Shown here piece by piece: positions 8,238 to 18,501 of a DNA stretch of 64,000 nucleotides; within the stretch, counting starts at the first letter, position 1, and every line of letters begins with the position of its first letter. A program made the position numbers and the translations under genes. The DNA comes from Candidatus Daviesbacteria bacterium RIFCSPHIGHO2_12_FULL_37_16 (lineage in GTDB: Bacteria > Patescibacteriota > Microgenomatia > Daviesbacterales > UBA10151), in the NCBI GenBank assembly GCA_001776785.1, contig MFDF01000008.1:103097-167096 (forward strand). Direction: 5' to 3'. The notes beneath the pieces were generated by a model. It did not search any database and was not told the origin of the DNA. It saw only the letters and a list, made by a program, of their open reading frames with translations.

Positions 8238-10769
8238 ATGATTAAAAAATCTGCTAGGCTACCAGCTCATATTAAACCAGAAAGATATGAAATTTTTCTA
8301 AAACCTGATTTAGAAGGTTTTACATTCACTGGTGAAGAAACAATGTGGCTGAGCTTGGATAAGCCATCAAAAGCAATTACCTTGCATGCTGCAGAACTTG
8401 AAGTTTTTTCTGAAGATGCAAATGTTTCATATGACCAGGCTGCAGAAACTGTTACCCTGACCTTTAAAAAACCTATATCTGGAAAACAGAAAATAAAGCT
8501 TAAGTTTACAGGTATATTAAATGATCAGATGAGAGGTTTTTACAGGTCAAAATATATCCATAATGGAGAAGAAAAATATTTAGCTACTACCCAGTTTGAA
8601 TCAACAGATGCCAGAAGGGCTTTTCCATGTATAGATGAACCATCTGCAAAAGCTGTCTTTGATGTAACTTTAATGGTCCCAAAAGAAAAAACAGTTATCT
8701 CAAATACCATAGAATCTGAAGTTTTAGAGCATGATGGGGGATATAAGTCAGTCAAATTTGAATCTACCCCCAGGATGTCTACCTATCTTTTGGCTTTTAT
8801 AGTTGGAGACTTTGAATACATTGAGAAAAAAACAAAAGGTGGGGTAATGGTCAGGGTTTTTGTAACTCCAGGTAAAAGTTTGCAAGCTAAATTTGCACTT
8901 GATGTGGCAGTAAAAACTCTGGATTTTTATGAAGATTATTTTGATATAAAATACCCACTTCCTGTTTCAGACCTGATAGCCATCCCTGACTTTGCAGCAG
9001 GTGCAATGGAAAACTGGGGAGCTGTAACTTATAGGGAATCTGCTATTTTAGTTGATCCAGAAAAATCCTCTACTGCAAATAAACAATGGGTAGCACTGGT
9101 CATTGCCCATGAGCTTGCCCATCAATGGTTTGGAAACTTAGTCACAATGGAGTGGTGGACTCATCTTTGGTTAAATGAGGGTTTTGCTTCCTTTATAGAA
9201 TATTTGGCAGTTGATAAAATTTTTCCTGAGTGGGATATCTGGACTCAATTTGTCTATTCAGACTTAGGGTCTGCCTTAAAACTTGATGCATTGGAAAATA
9301 CCCACCCAATAGAAGTAGAAGTAGTACACCCCTCTGAAATTGCAGAAATTTTTGACAGGGTTTCTTACTCAAAAGGAGCCTCAGTTTTAAGGATGCTTTA
9401 CAACTATTTGGGTGATAAAGACTTTAGGGATGGATTGAGGCACTATTTAAAAAAACATGCCTATTCAAATGCTTTAACAGAAGATCTCTGGCATTCTCTG
9501 GAAGAAGTTTCTGGTAAGCCTGTGACTAAAATAATGGGTAATTGGACAAGTAAACCAGGTTATCCACTAATCCAGGTTTTTGATTCAGGAAAAAATCTAA
9601 GATTAACTCAATCAAGATTTTATTCCAGCCCGCTCTCACGAAAATCCTCAGAAGATAAAACAGTCTGGACAACCCCAATATATTTTAAAAAATCAGGTTC
9701 AAAAAAAATTGGCCACATCTTAATCAATAAAAAAACTACAGAAATTGGTAAACCCAGTGGTTGGATTAAATTAAACTCAGGAGAAGTTAGTATCACCAGA
9801 ATTGATTACCCTTCGCAGCTTCTATTAAAACTGAAAGATCCAATATCTAAAAAAGAACTTGAAGCACCAGACAGGTTAGGGGTAATCAGAGATGCCTTTG
9901 ATCTATCCCAATCAGATCAGCTCCCCACCCATTTTGCTTTAGAACTAGCCCAGGGATATAAAAATGAAGATGATTTTACAGTTTGGGCGGAGATTACCTC
10001 GCAGCTTAATACCCTGGATAATTTAATAACTCATGAAAAGTTTTATGATAACTTCAGGCTTTATGGACAGGATCTGTATGATAGTATTGCCAAAAAAGTA
10101 GGCTGGTCAAAAAAATCTGGAGAACCTCATACAACATCACTTTTGAGAAGTTTAGTTTTATCAGCTTTAGGAGGTTTTGGCCACAGGGAAACTATCAAAA
10201 AAGCCTTTGACCTGTTTGAAGATTTAAAGATGGGGGAGAGTATGGATCCTGATTTAAGGGGGGTTGTTTTAAGATTAGTTGCAGAAAATGGTTCTAAAAA
10301 AGAACATGGAATTTTAAAAAAACTTTATGTAAAAGAGCCTTTGCAGGAAGAAAGAAACAGGTTAGCTAGAGCCCTGTCTATGTTTAAGCAGCCTGAACTT
10401 TTGAAAGATACTCTGGAATTTGCTCTCTCACAGCATGTCAGGTTCCAGGACTCTATTCATGTTATAGCTGGAGTTTGGTCAAATCCTTATGGCAGTGAAT
10501 TAGCCTGGATTTTTTTCAAAAAGAATTTTAAAAAGTTAAGAAAAATCTATGCTGGAGGCCACTTCATGTCAAGGCTTTTGGGTGCTGCAGGATCAATGGT
10601 TAAAGTCTCTCAGGCTAATGATTTGGAAAAGTTCTTCAAGAAAAACCCAGTCCCAGAAGCAACCAGGACCATAGCTCAAGCTTCTGAGCAGATCCGCTCA
10701 AACGCAGCTTGGTTAAAAAGAGACCGCAAAGGTATAGAAAAGTTTTTATCCAATACATTTTTATGTTAA
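8238..10769 (+). CDS. pepN: M1-family aminopeptidase N
   Basis: GAMEN motif (AAGAMENWG) and zinc-binding HELAHQWFGNLVTMEWWTHLWLNEGFA (HEXXH-18-E). The ORF opens at 8202; the Met at 8238 (MIKKSARLP) fits the family N-terminus better. Confidence 0.85.
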   Translation: MIKKSARLPAHIKPERYEIFLKPDLEGFTFTGEETMWLSLDKPSKAITLHAAELEVFSEDANVSYDQAAETVTLTFKKPISGKQKIKLKFTGILNDQMRGFYRSKYIHNGEEKYLATTQFESTDARRAFPCIDEPSAKAVFDVTLMVPKEKTVISNTIESEVLEHDGGYKSVKFESTPRMSTYLLAFIVGDFEYIEKKTKGGVMVRVFVTPGKSLQAKFALDVAVKTLDFYEDYFDIKYPLPVSDLIAIPDFAAGAMENWGAVTYRESAILVDPEKSSTANKQWVALVIAHELAHQWFGNLVTMEWWTHLWLNEGFASFIEYLAVDKIFPEWDIWTQFVYSDLGSALKLDALENTHPIEVEVVHPSEIAEIFDRVSYSKGASVLRMLYNYLGDKDFRDGLRHYLKKHAYSNALTEDLWHSLEEVSGKPVTKIMGNWTSKPGYPLIQVFDSGKNLRLTQSRFYSSPLSRKSSEDKTVWTTPIYFKKSGSKKIGHILINKKTTEIGKPSGWIKLNSGEVSITRIDYPSQLLLKLKDPISKKELEAPDRLGVIRDAFDLSQSDQLPTHFALELAQGYKNEDDFTVWAEITSQLNTLDNLITHEKFYDNFRLYGQDLYDSIAKKVGWSKKSGEPHTTSLLRSLVLSALGGFGHRETIKKAFDLFEDLKMGESMDPDLRGVVLRLVAENGSKKEHGILKKLYVKEPLQEERNRLARALSMFKQPELLKDTLEFALSQHVRFQDSIHVIAGVWSNPYGSELAWIFFKKNFKKLRKIYAGGHFMSRLLGAAGSMVKVSQANDLEKFFKKNPVPEATRTIAQASEQIRSNAAWLKRDRKGIEKFLSNTFLC

Positions 10770-10779
10770 AATTTTACCC

Positions 10780-11340
10780 ATGTTAAACGTCAACGACCTA
10801 AGAACGGGTATTGTTTTTAAAGAAGGCCCTATTTTGTGGCAGGTTTTAACCTATGAACACATTAAAATGGGCAGGGGATCCGGCAACATTAAAATTAAAG
10901 CCAAAAACCTGCGTACTGGTGCAATCACAGAAAAATCTTTTATTACAGGGGCCAGGGTAGATGAGGCAAATGTTTCAAAAGAAAAAACTCAGTATTTATA
11001 CAATGATGGTGAAACATATAACTTCATGGATCCTGCATCCTTTGAACAATTTTCAATCCAAAAACCAGTTTTAGGTGACTCAGCAAAATATTTAAAAGAA
11101 GGTTTAGAAGTCAATTTAATAGTCTCAGATGGAGAAGCACTGGGAGTAGAGCTTCCTAACTCAATAGTCTATGAAATTAAAGAAACAGGGCCAGGGGAAA
11201 GGGGAAACTCAGTTTCAAATGTTTTCAAAGAAGCAGTATTAGAAAATGACCTGATAGTCAAAGTCCCCATGTTTATGGGAGAAGGGGATAGAGTTAAAGT
11301 TGATACAAGAACTGGTGAATATGTTGAAAGAGTTAAATAA
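10780..11340 (+). CDS. efp: elongation factor P
   Basis: 186 aa. N-terminal MLNVNDLRTGIVFKEGPILWQVL and three OB-domain architecture typical of EF-P. Confidence 0.85.
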   Translation: MLNVNDLRTGIVFKEGPILWQVLTYEHIKMGRGSGNIKIKAKNLRTGAITEKSFITGARVDEANVSKEKTQYLYNDGETYNFMDPASFEQFSIQKPVLGDSAKYLKEGLEVNLIVSDGEALGVELPNSIVYEIKETGPGERGNSVSNVFKEAVLENDLIVKVPMFMGEGDRVKVDTRTGEYVERVK

Positions 11341-11393
11341 CCCAAACTAATTCTTGACTCAACCCCTAAAGAGTATAAAATAGTTTAGAGTAG

Positions 11394-12278
11394 ATGAAAA
11401 AGATTAGAAAAGCTTTAATTCCTGCTGCAGGGTTTGGTACCAGATTTCTTCCCCAAACAAAGGCCATGCCCAAAGAGATGATGCCTCTTGTGGACAAGCC
11501 CATTATTCAAAGGGTAGTTGAAGAATTAGTAGATGCAGGCATAGAAACTGTAGTAATAGTCACAGGTTGGAATAAAAGGTCTATTGAGGATCACTTTGAC
11601 AATAACTTTGAGCTGGAAGAAAAACTTTTAGAATCAGGCAAAACTGATGCTTTAAATATTGTCAGAGAAATCTCCAACATGGCAGAGTTTGTCTATATCA
11701 GGCAAAAAGGCATTCAGGGAAATGCCACCCCAATTTTAAATGTCCGCCACATAATGAACGATGAACCATTCTTAGTATTCTGGGGAGATGATTTTATAGA
11801 TGCCACACCCTCCAGGGCAAAACAGCTGGTTGAAGCTTACGAAAGGTATGGCTCAATAATTTTAGGTGGAATGCCAGCCCAAAGTGAGGATTACTATAAA
11901 AAATATGGTTTTGCAGGAGGAGTAAATGTAGGTAATGGAGTTATTAAAGTTGACAGGATTATAGAAAAACCTGGCAGCAAAGAAGCTTCCCCTTCAGATT
12001 TAGCTATTATTTCAGGTTATGTCTACACCTCAGACATCTATGATGCTCTGGAAAAAGCAAAAGAGAATCTTAAGGAAGGTGATGAGCTGGTTTATACTTT
12101 AGGTGTTCAAAATTTAATTGACCAGGGCAAAGCTGTTTATGCAGTTGAGCTGCAGAATGCTGTTTATAGAGACACTGGGAATAAATTGGAATATTTAAAA
12201 ACTGTTGTTGAATATGGGCTTGACCATGAAGAATTTGGTAAAGAATTTGCAAACTTCTTAAAAAAATTAGACCTCTAA
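11394..12278 (+). CDS. galU: UTP--glucose-1-phosphate uridylyltransferase
   Basis: IRKALIPAAGFGTRFLPQTKAMPKEMMPLVDKPIIQ signature N-terminus, 294 aa. Confidence 0.85.
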   Translation: MKKIRKALIPAAGFGTRFLPQTKAMPKEMMPLVDKPIIQRVVEELVDAGIETVVIVTGWNKRSIEDHFDNNFELEEKLLESGKTDALNIVREISNMAEFVYIRQKGIQGNATPILNVRHIMNDEPFLVFWGDDFIDATPSRAKQLVEAYERYGSIILGGMPAQSEDYYKKYGFAGGVNVGNGVIKVDRIIEKPGSKEASPSDLAIISGYVYTSDIYDALEKAKENLKEGDELVYTLGVQNLIDQGKAVYAVELQNAVYRDTGNKLEYLKTVVEYGLDHEEFGKEFANFLKKLDL

Positions 12279-12715
12279 AAAGCCCTTAAAATTAAAACAA
12301 CTGAGGCTACTGTAGCCACCTGGGTTAAGATTCCCCATGGAAGTTTTGTGTTGGCCTGAATTTTGTGCTGCCAGGAGTATGCAGTTGAAAAAGGGGGGAA
12401 ATCCCAGCCCCATAAAAGATACGGCATCATTAAAATGTCCCACACTTCAGAAAAGAAGATACAGCTTAAAAAATAAATAGGATTTAGATTCTGGCCAAAT
12501 ATGAAGTAAGCAACGGCTATTCCTACCGCTAAATCTAAGACAGATTCTGCAAATAGAGTGATCTTATTTTTTTTTCTCCAGCCAATGCCTAAATCCCAAT
12601 GGGGTATCATGTCTAAAATGGGGTGGGAAAGGAATGCTAAAGGGAGTCCTAATGCAGGATTGGGGATTGCTGAAGCAATTGCCCCCCCAACCAATGCGTG
12701 TGCAGTAGCGGTCAT
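12275..12715 (-). CDS. membrane protein, possibly membrane-bound metal-dependent hydrolase (YdjM-like)
   Basis: Four hydrophobic segments. His-rich loop HPILDMIPHWD. Confidence 0.35.
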   Translation of the reverse strand: MTATAHALVGGAIASAIPNPALGLPLAFLSHPILDMIPHWDLGIGWRKKNKITLFAESVLDLAVGIAVAYFIFGQNLNPIYFLSCIFFSEVWDILMMPYLLWGWDFPPFSTAYSWQHKIQANTKLPWGILTQVATVASVVLILRAF

Positions 12716-12772
12716 ACAACTTTAAAGTATACACAATTAGTCAACTAATGCCAAATTTGGTATATTAAGGTT

Positions 12773-13687
12773 GTGAAACCAGTTCTAATAAGCTTTGGCT
12801 CATATACAGTTACAACTTTGGGTGTATTTTTAGTGCTAGCCTTTATTTTAGCCTTAATTATTATATGGAGAATTATTAGGGGACTTGAGGTAGATAAAGA
12901 AAAGACAATTGACCTATATTTGTTAACCTCAGTAGTTTCCCTTTTAGGAGCCAGGGCTTATTTTGTCTTTTCAAATTCAATTCTTTCAGAAAACCCTCTA
13001 AACTTCTTTTTAGTCAATAAATACCCTGGATTTTCTTTTTGGGGAGGGTTTATTTTAGGGTTTATCTTTTTAAAGCTATTTTCAAAAAAACTGAAAATTA
13101 ACTTTTGGCAGGCTGCAGATTTAGCTATTGTTGCGCTTTTTTTAGGCATATCCACAACTAGCCTGGGTTGTCTGTTCAATAGCTGCCAATATGGTCTTGT
13201 CAGCAATCTCCCAATAGCAGTTTCACAGGTAGGGTTGGTTGGCAAAAGATTCCCCCTTCAAATCATAGAAAGTCTTTTGTTTTTCCTGGGCTTTTTAGTT
13301 TTATGGAGCAGTATAAAAAGATTTCATTTTAGTGGGTCTATTGCACTGACTGGGCTTTTTATGCTGGGCGGTTTTAAATTTTTTCTGGAATTTTTTAGGG
13401 GAGACAGCCTAAGGGTTAGTAATTTTTTATCATCAGGTCATATCTGGTCAACTCTTTTCATTTTTCTTGCAGCAATTAACTATTATAAGCTTACCAGGAA
13501 ATCATTTAAAGAAGATGTTTTAAACTTTTTAAAGGTTTTTTATATCCCAGCTAAAAGACGGTTAGCAGTATCGCGTTTGGCAAAAAGTTGGTATAATCTT
13601 AAGATTGATTTGAGAATTTCTTTAAACAAGTTTTTCAAAAACCTGATTAAAGTTTTAAATATTAAGTCAAATCCAACAAAGTTCTAA
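12773..13687 (+). CDS. lgt: prolipoprotein diacylglyceryl transferase-like membrane protein with C-terminal extension
   Basis: Polytopic membrane protein. KRFPLQIIESLL matches the Lgt (H/R)PTQLYE signature, with Gly/Phe-rich TM helices. Confidence 0.45.
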   Translation: MKPVLISFGSYTVTTLGVFLVLAFILALIIIWRIIRGLEVDKEKTIDLYLLTSVVSLLGARAYFVFSNSILSENPLNFFLVNKYPGFSFWGGFILGFIFLKLFSKKLKINFWQAADLAIVALFLGISTTSLGCLFNSCQYGLVSNLPIAVSQVGLVGKRFPLQIIESLLFFLGFLVLWSSIKRFHFSGSIALTGLFMLGGFKFFLEFFRGDSLRVSNFLSSGHIWSTLFIFLAAINYYKLTRKSFKEDVLNFLKVFYIPAKRRLAVSRLAKSWYNLKIDLRISLNKFFKNLIKVLNIKSNPTKF

Positions 13688-14031
13688 TGAATACAATTGA
13701 TAAATTTAAAAAGCTTTTATTAAGACAGCAAAAAGAAGTAGAAAAAGAAATTGAGGATCTGGAAAAAGATGACCCCATTAACTCTCTTTCCATGGCAGAA
13801 AGTTCAGAGCCCGGTACTGATTCTTGGGTGGCAGATACACATAGCAGGGTCCTGGCTGTCAAATCAAATCTGCAGATGCTTCTTGTAAGGATCAGAAAAT
13901 CCCTCCAGAATTTAAATTCAGGAAAATTTGGCAAATGTGAAAATTGCGGAAAACTCATTGAGGATGAAAGATTAAAAGCCATACCCACTGCAACTTTGTG
14001 TATTGTTTGCTCAAAAAAAGTCAAAAAATAA
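13687..14031 (+). CDS. DksA/TraR-family C4-type zinc-finger protein
   Basis: C-terminal CENCGKLIEDERLKAIPTATLCIVCSKK (CxxC-17-CxxC) after a coiled-coil. Confidence 0.6.
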   Translation: MNTIDKFKKLLLRQQKEVEKEIEDLEKDDPINSLSMAESSEPGTDSWVADTHSRVLAVKSNLQMLLVRIRKSLQNLNSGKFGKCENCGKLIEDERLKAIPTATLCIVCSKKVKK

Positions 14032-14068
14032 ACTATACTGTGATAGTTTAAGTTAGAATACAATAAAT

Positions 14069-14455
14069 ATGGCTAAAGTTTTAATCATTGATGACGATCC
14101 AAATATACTAAAGCTCTATTCTGACCCTTTAACTAAAGCTGGATATGAAGTGGAGATGGCTTTAAATGGTCAGGAAGGCCTGACAAGACTTTTTCAGGGA
14201 GGCTATGATTTTATCTTGTTGGATATTATGCTGCCGGATATTGACGGAATTAACATCTTAAAAAGGGCCAAAGACAAAATACAGGAAAATTTCTGCGGCC
14301 CGATAATTGTCCTTTCACAACTGGAAGAACCCCAAATTATAGAGTCTGCTATGCAAAATGGTGCGAGAGGTTACTTAGTAAAAGCCTCCTTTACTCCAGA
14401 CCAAATTTTATCAAAAGTCTCAGAAATCCTCCAAAAAACACCACCTGCTGTTTAA
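14069..14455 (+). CDS. single-domain response regulator (CheY-like receiver)
   Basis: VLIIDDD...DFILLDIMLPDIDGINILK...GARGYLVK. Asp pocket and conserved Lys are present. No output domain. Confidence 0.75.
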   Translation: MAKVLIIDDDPNILKLYSDPLTKAGYEVEMALNGQEGLTRLFQGGYDFILLDIMLPDIDGINILKRAKDKIQENFCGPIIVLSQLEEPQIIESAMQNGARGYLVKASFTPDQILSKVSEILQKTPPAV

Positions 14456-14516
14456 TAGTCTATCTGATCTTAACCCTCTACCTTTGAATTTCTACAGAAA
14501 TTCAGCTATGGCAACC

Positions 14517-14840
14517 TCACTGCCAGGGCAGCTTGTTCTTTGGGTTTGACCAAAAATTTGCTAAATATACCCCAACCAAAAGTGCCCCTACTAAAAATGC
14601 AATTAAGTTCATTCCTGTAAGGTTTGCATTCCAGGGAAGTGTTAGTCCTCCCATTCGACTTGCAACTCCCAATAAATAGAGTGCTATAAGTCCATTCGTA
14701 AATCCCCATAAAACATTAACAACAGGGGATGAAACCTTAGCAAAAGGTGTCATATGTTTTTGACCAGTTATCCCTTTAACAATGTGAGGAATTCCATTCC
14801 AGGTAAAAAAGCCTGCTAAAAAATACCACAATAGTGTCAC
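14517..14840 (-). CDS. small membrane protein (3 TM)
   Basis: Hydrophobic 107-aa ORF. Confidence 0.35.
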   Translation of the reverse strand: MTLLWYFLAGFFTWNGIPHIVKGITGQKHMTPFAKVSSPVVNVLWGFTNGLIALYLLGVASRMGGLTLPWNANLTGMNLIAFLVGALLVGVYLANFWSNPKNKLPWQ

Positions 14841-14920
14841 TTAATATCACCTCCCAAATATAATAATGGGGTTAAGATGAACTTATTGTCAACATTCAAA
14901 TTTTCAGATAGGATAAATGT

Positions 14921-15700
14921 ATGGTATCTGTAAAGACAGATCTAATAAGGCCTGACCACCAGCCATGGTTTAAAGGATATACAGGTGGAACTTCTAATTG
15001 GCTTTTAGATAATCCTCCCAAATGCTTTGACTGGCTATTTGAGGAAAGATTAAAAGGTCATATCCCCTCAAATGAAACAGCTTTGGATATGGGCAGCGGT
15101 AATGGCAGAAAGACTCTTTTGCTCTCTGAAGCAGGAATTGCAAATGTTATTGGTATTGACATGGTTCCAGAGGCAGTGCAGATGGCCGAAGATTTAGCCA
15201 AACATCGCCCAGCTAAAGGAAAAGTGGAGTTTATTAATTCAAAAATTTTAGAATATCTAAAAAACATACCAGACATAAGCGTTCATATGATTACTGATAC
15301 TTATGTCTTTACCCACCAAATACCAGATAAAGAAGGGGATAGGGTGGAAGATTATGTAGCGGAGTATTACAGGATACTTGTTCCGGGTGGACTATTAGCC
15401 CTGGAGCTTTTTTCTGCAGAAGATAAACACTTTTATGGAAAAAAATTAGATCAAGTGGAGCCCACACATACGCCTGAGGGAAAGTTTGCATTCAAAAGAT
15501 ATCAGTATGAATATAATCCTGAAATTGAAGAGGCAAAAGGAGCAGAAAGCTATCACAACATGCATAATATGCACTATACCCAGGATGGAATTAGATGGAT
15601 TTTAAAAGATAAATTTGAAATCCTTAGAATAGAGATACTTCCACACTCAAGGCACGATCACAGAAGGGTTCTAGATGTTTTAGCTAGAGTCACTAAATGA
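14921..15700 (+). CDS. class I SAM-dependent methyltransferase
   Basis: Motif I LDMGSGNGRKTLLL and motif II VIGIDMVPEAV. Confidence 0.65.
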   Translation: MVSVKTDLIRPDHQPWFKGYTGGTSNWLLDNPPKCFDWLFEERLKGHIPSNETALDMGSGNGRKTLLLSEAGIANVIGIDMVPEAVQMAEDLAKHRPAKGKVEFINSKILEYLKNIPDISVHMITDTYVFTHQIPDKEGDRVEDYVAEYYRILVPGGLLALELFSAEDKHFYGKKLDQVEPTHTPEGKFAFKRYQYEYNPEIEEAKGAESYHNMHNMHYTQDGIRWILKDKFEILRIEILPHSRHDHRRVLDVLARVTK

Positions 15701-16461
15701 GCAAAGCAGCATTAATTAATCTCTCTGACCCTAATCATCACAAAACTTTAGCAGAAATTTTAACAAATGGGGGAGTTGTTGGCTCAATTTGGGGCCATCA
15801 TTTATATTTTCTAGCCTGCAATGCCTGTGACCCTAAAGCTGTTGCCAAAATGAATTCACTTAAAAATAGGCCTGCTACCCAAACTTTTGTTTCTCCTGGG
15901 GCAGTAGAGGATGCGCAAGAATTAGCAGATTTAGAAAAATGCCCAGCACTTCTAAATTCCTCTCAAAAAATGGGAATGACTCCAATAAAATATCTGGAAT
16001 TTTTGTTTAAAAAATTCCCCCTTGGGGTAGAGTTAATTGCCAAAGATAATGTTCCAAATTCCCTAACATTTGCAACAGATGTTGGCAAAACCATCTGGAT
16101 TGCTGCCCATATGGGAGATAAAAATTATACAAAACTTTTGAAAGAGATAAGAAATTTAAGAAAAATTGGAAAAAAAGTAATTTTTGCTGGCACCTCCTTA
16201 AATTTAAAAGGGGCTAACACCTTAACAGTCAACCAATTAGACCAGGTTTTAAATGATTTTGGTCATAGCCTGGATGCAATATCTGTTCACCCTAAAGAAA
16301 AAAAACTAAAAAGACTTAGCTTTAATACCTCATGTTCAGTAATCAGTTTTATAAGCTCAAATCCCAAACTTTTAAGACTTGGCTGCACCAATATAAAAAC
16401 ATTAAGTAAATATATCCCTGATCTGGAAATTCCCTCAGATATTTTAAACACCCGCAAGTGA
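15697..16461 (+). CDS. YrdC/Sua5-domain protein (threonylcarbamoyl-AMP synthase-like)
   Basis: ILTNGGVVGSIWGHHLYFLACNACDPKAVAKMNSLKNRP resembles the YrdC pattern L..GG.v..PTdT.YGL.cda.n..Av.ki..iK.RP. 4-nt overlap with the upstream gene. Confidence 0.4.
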   Translation: MSKAALINLSDPNHHKTLAEILTNGGVVGSIWGHHLYFLACNACDPKAVAKMNSLKNRPATQTFVSPGAVEDAQELADLEKCPALLNSSQKMGMTPIKYLEFLFKKFPLGVELIAKDNVPNSLTFATDVGKTIWIAAHMGDKNYTKLLKEIRNLRKIGKKVIFAGTSLNLKGANTLTVNQLDQVLNDFGHSLDAISVHPKEKKLKRLSFNTSCSVISFISSNPKLLRLGCTNIKTLSKYIPDLEIPSDILNTRK

Positions 16462-16501
16462 TTGTTTAATAGCTCTGCTTTCTTTGGTATGATTTTTAAT
16501 A

Positions 16502-18001
16502 ATGCTTTACTTTCTGATTAATCCCACAACCCTCCTTTACATTACTGCAATTTCTGCCACCTTTTTTATTGGGTTGGTTCTTTTTACTGTGCGTTATGGA
16601 ATTAAATACAAAAGACTTTTAGATGAAAAAAACAGTTATCTGATAGCATTTCAAAAACTTTATACTATTATGGCATCAACTGTAACTCTGGAAGAAACAG
16701 CCCAAAAACTCACTAATGCCATTGCATTTGAACTAGGGTTCCAGGCTGGGGTCTTAACAATTATTGATAAGCAGTCAAATTCTTTAAAACGAATTGCAGT
16801 CTCCCAAACCCCGGAAGGAATTATTGGCTTAAAAATGTTCCCTGTTCCTTATAAATCTATTGGAATACCGCTTACCTACACTGGTAATTTATTAATCAGA
16901 GCGATAAACGAGAAAAAACCCTTTATTACTCACAACATGATTGATTTATTTGTACCAGTTCTTCCGGAAGTTATTATTAGCAACATACAAAAAGTTATGA
17001 AAATTAAAACTTCCTTTGTATATCCAATTTTTTATCATAATGAAGTTATAGGTGCAATGATTTTTAGTATTTCAGGGGAAGAACATGAAATACCTGACCT
17101 GCAGAGGGAAGCCATAATGAGGATAATGGAAGTTGTAGGAACTGTAATTGAGCGGGTTAAAGTCTATGAAAAATTAGCACTTACATCACAAAGTTTAGCC
17201 ATAGCCAATGAAAAGCTTAAAGAACTTGATAAAATAAAAGATGATTTTGTTTCAATTGCCTCACATGAGCTGCGTACCCCCATGACTGCTATCCGCTCAT
17301 ATGCCTGGATGGCACTAAACCGCTCAGACATTCCTCTTTCCGCCAAACTAAAAAAGTACCTGGAACGAACTCTTATATCAACTGAAAGGCTGATTCATCT
17401 GGTCAATGATATGTTAAATGTTTCAAGGATTGAATCAGGCAGGATCCAAATCAGTCCAGAAGTATTTGATCTGCAGTCACTAATTCAGGATGTGGTATCT
17501 GAAGTGGAATTAAAAGCTGGTGAAAAAAGTATAAGTCTTAAAGTAAACTATACAAACCTTCCTAAAGTTTTTGCTGATCTTGAAAAAATTCACCAGGTAT
17601 TACTAAATCTAATTGGAAATGCATTGAAATTTACACCCAAAAATGGCAATATTGTGTTGTCTCTTATGTCTGATGGTATGTTTATTCAAACCACAGTTGC
17701 AGATAACGGGGTAGGGATCTCAAAAGACGACATCTCTAAGTTATTTCAAAAATTTGGAAGGCTGGACTATTCATATACAGCCGCGGCTGCTACGGGAGGA
17801 ACAGGTCTGGGGTTATATATTTGCAAAAAATTAATTGAATCAATGGGAGGAAAGATTTGGAGTACCTCAGAAGGTATGGGGAAAGGTTCACAGTTTCACT
17901 TCACACTCCCAATTGCTTCAAAGCAAGTTATAAACCAGGCTTCTGTTAACCAAACCTTAAGGGAAGATGGAATGATGCCTTTGGAACCTACTGCTATATA
18001 A
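16502..18001 (+). CDS. sensor histidine kinase (N-terminal TM, GAF-like region, HisKA + HATPase_c)
   Basis: H-box FVSIASHELRTPMTAIRSY, N-box LLNLIGNALKFT, G-box GTGLGLYICKKLIESMGGKIW. Confidence 0.8.
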   Translation: MLYFLINPTTLLYITAISATFFIGLVLFTVRYGIKYKRLLDEKNSYLIAFQKLYTIMASTVTLEETAQKLTNAIAFELGFQAGVLTIIDKQSNSLKRIAVSQTPEGIIGLKMFPVPYKSIGIPLTYTGNLLIRAINEKKPFITHNMIDLFVPVLPEVIISNIQKVMKIKTSFVYPIFYHNEVIGAMIFSISGEEHEIPDLQREAIMRIMEVVGTVIERVKVYEKLALTSQSLAIANEKLKELDKIKDDFVSIASHELRTPMTAIRSYAWMALNRSDIPLSAKLKKYLERTLISTERLIHLVNDMLNVSRIESGRIQISPEVFDLQSLIQDVVSEVELKAGEKSISLKVNYTNLPKVFADLEKIHQVLLNLIGNALKFTPKNGNIVLSLMSDGMFIQTTVADNGVGISKDDISKLFQKFGRLDYSYTAAAATGGTGLGLYICKKLIESMGGKIWSTSEGMGKGSQFHFTLPIASKQVINQASVNQTLREDGMMPLEPTAI

Positions 18002-18105
18002 TAGTTGAATAAAAAGTTAAAATCATGATAATAAGAAACAATGGATAAACAAGAGAGAAAAATTTTAAAGTTTTTGCGAAGCAAAAAGGCAAGCAGGCTT
18101 TTTTA

Positions 18106-18501
18106 ATGGATACAGTAAAAAAGATTCTTATAGTTGAAGATGACCAGTTCTTAAGGGAGTTCTACCAGGAGCTTTTAACAACAGAGGGGTTTTTAACTGA
18201 AACAGCCCAGGAAGGAGAAGAGGCTGCTTCAAAGATTAAAAAGGGAGGATACGACCTGATACTTTTAGATATAATGCTTCCTAAAAAAGACGGTCTGCAA
18301 ATTCTTGAAGAGCTGAAAAATAACCCCCCATCCACTCCTAATGGACCTATTGTTGTCTTAACTAATATTGGTCAGGACGCAACAATTCAAAAATGCTTTG
18401 ACTTGGGAGCTACAGGATATATGGTAAAATCAGCGCTTAATCCTGACCAGGTATTGGTAGAGATTAACAATTACCTAAAAACTGCAAAAAATCCTGCTTG
18501 A
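18106..18501 (+). CDS. single-domain response regulator (CheY-like receiver), paralog of 14069..14455
   Basis: ILIVEDD...DLILLDIMLPKKDGLQILEEL...GATGYMVK. Confidence 0.75.
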   Translation: MDTVKKILIVEDDQFLREFYQELLTTEGFLTETAQEGEEAASKIKKGGYDLILLDIMLPKKDGLQILEELKNNPPSTPNGPIVVLTNIGQDATIQKCFDLGATGYMVKSALNPDQVLVEINNYLKTAKNPA

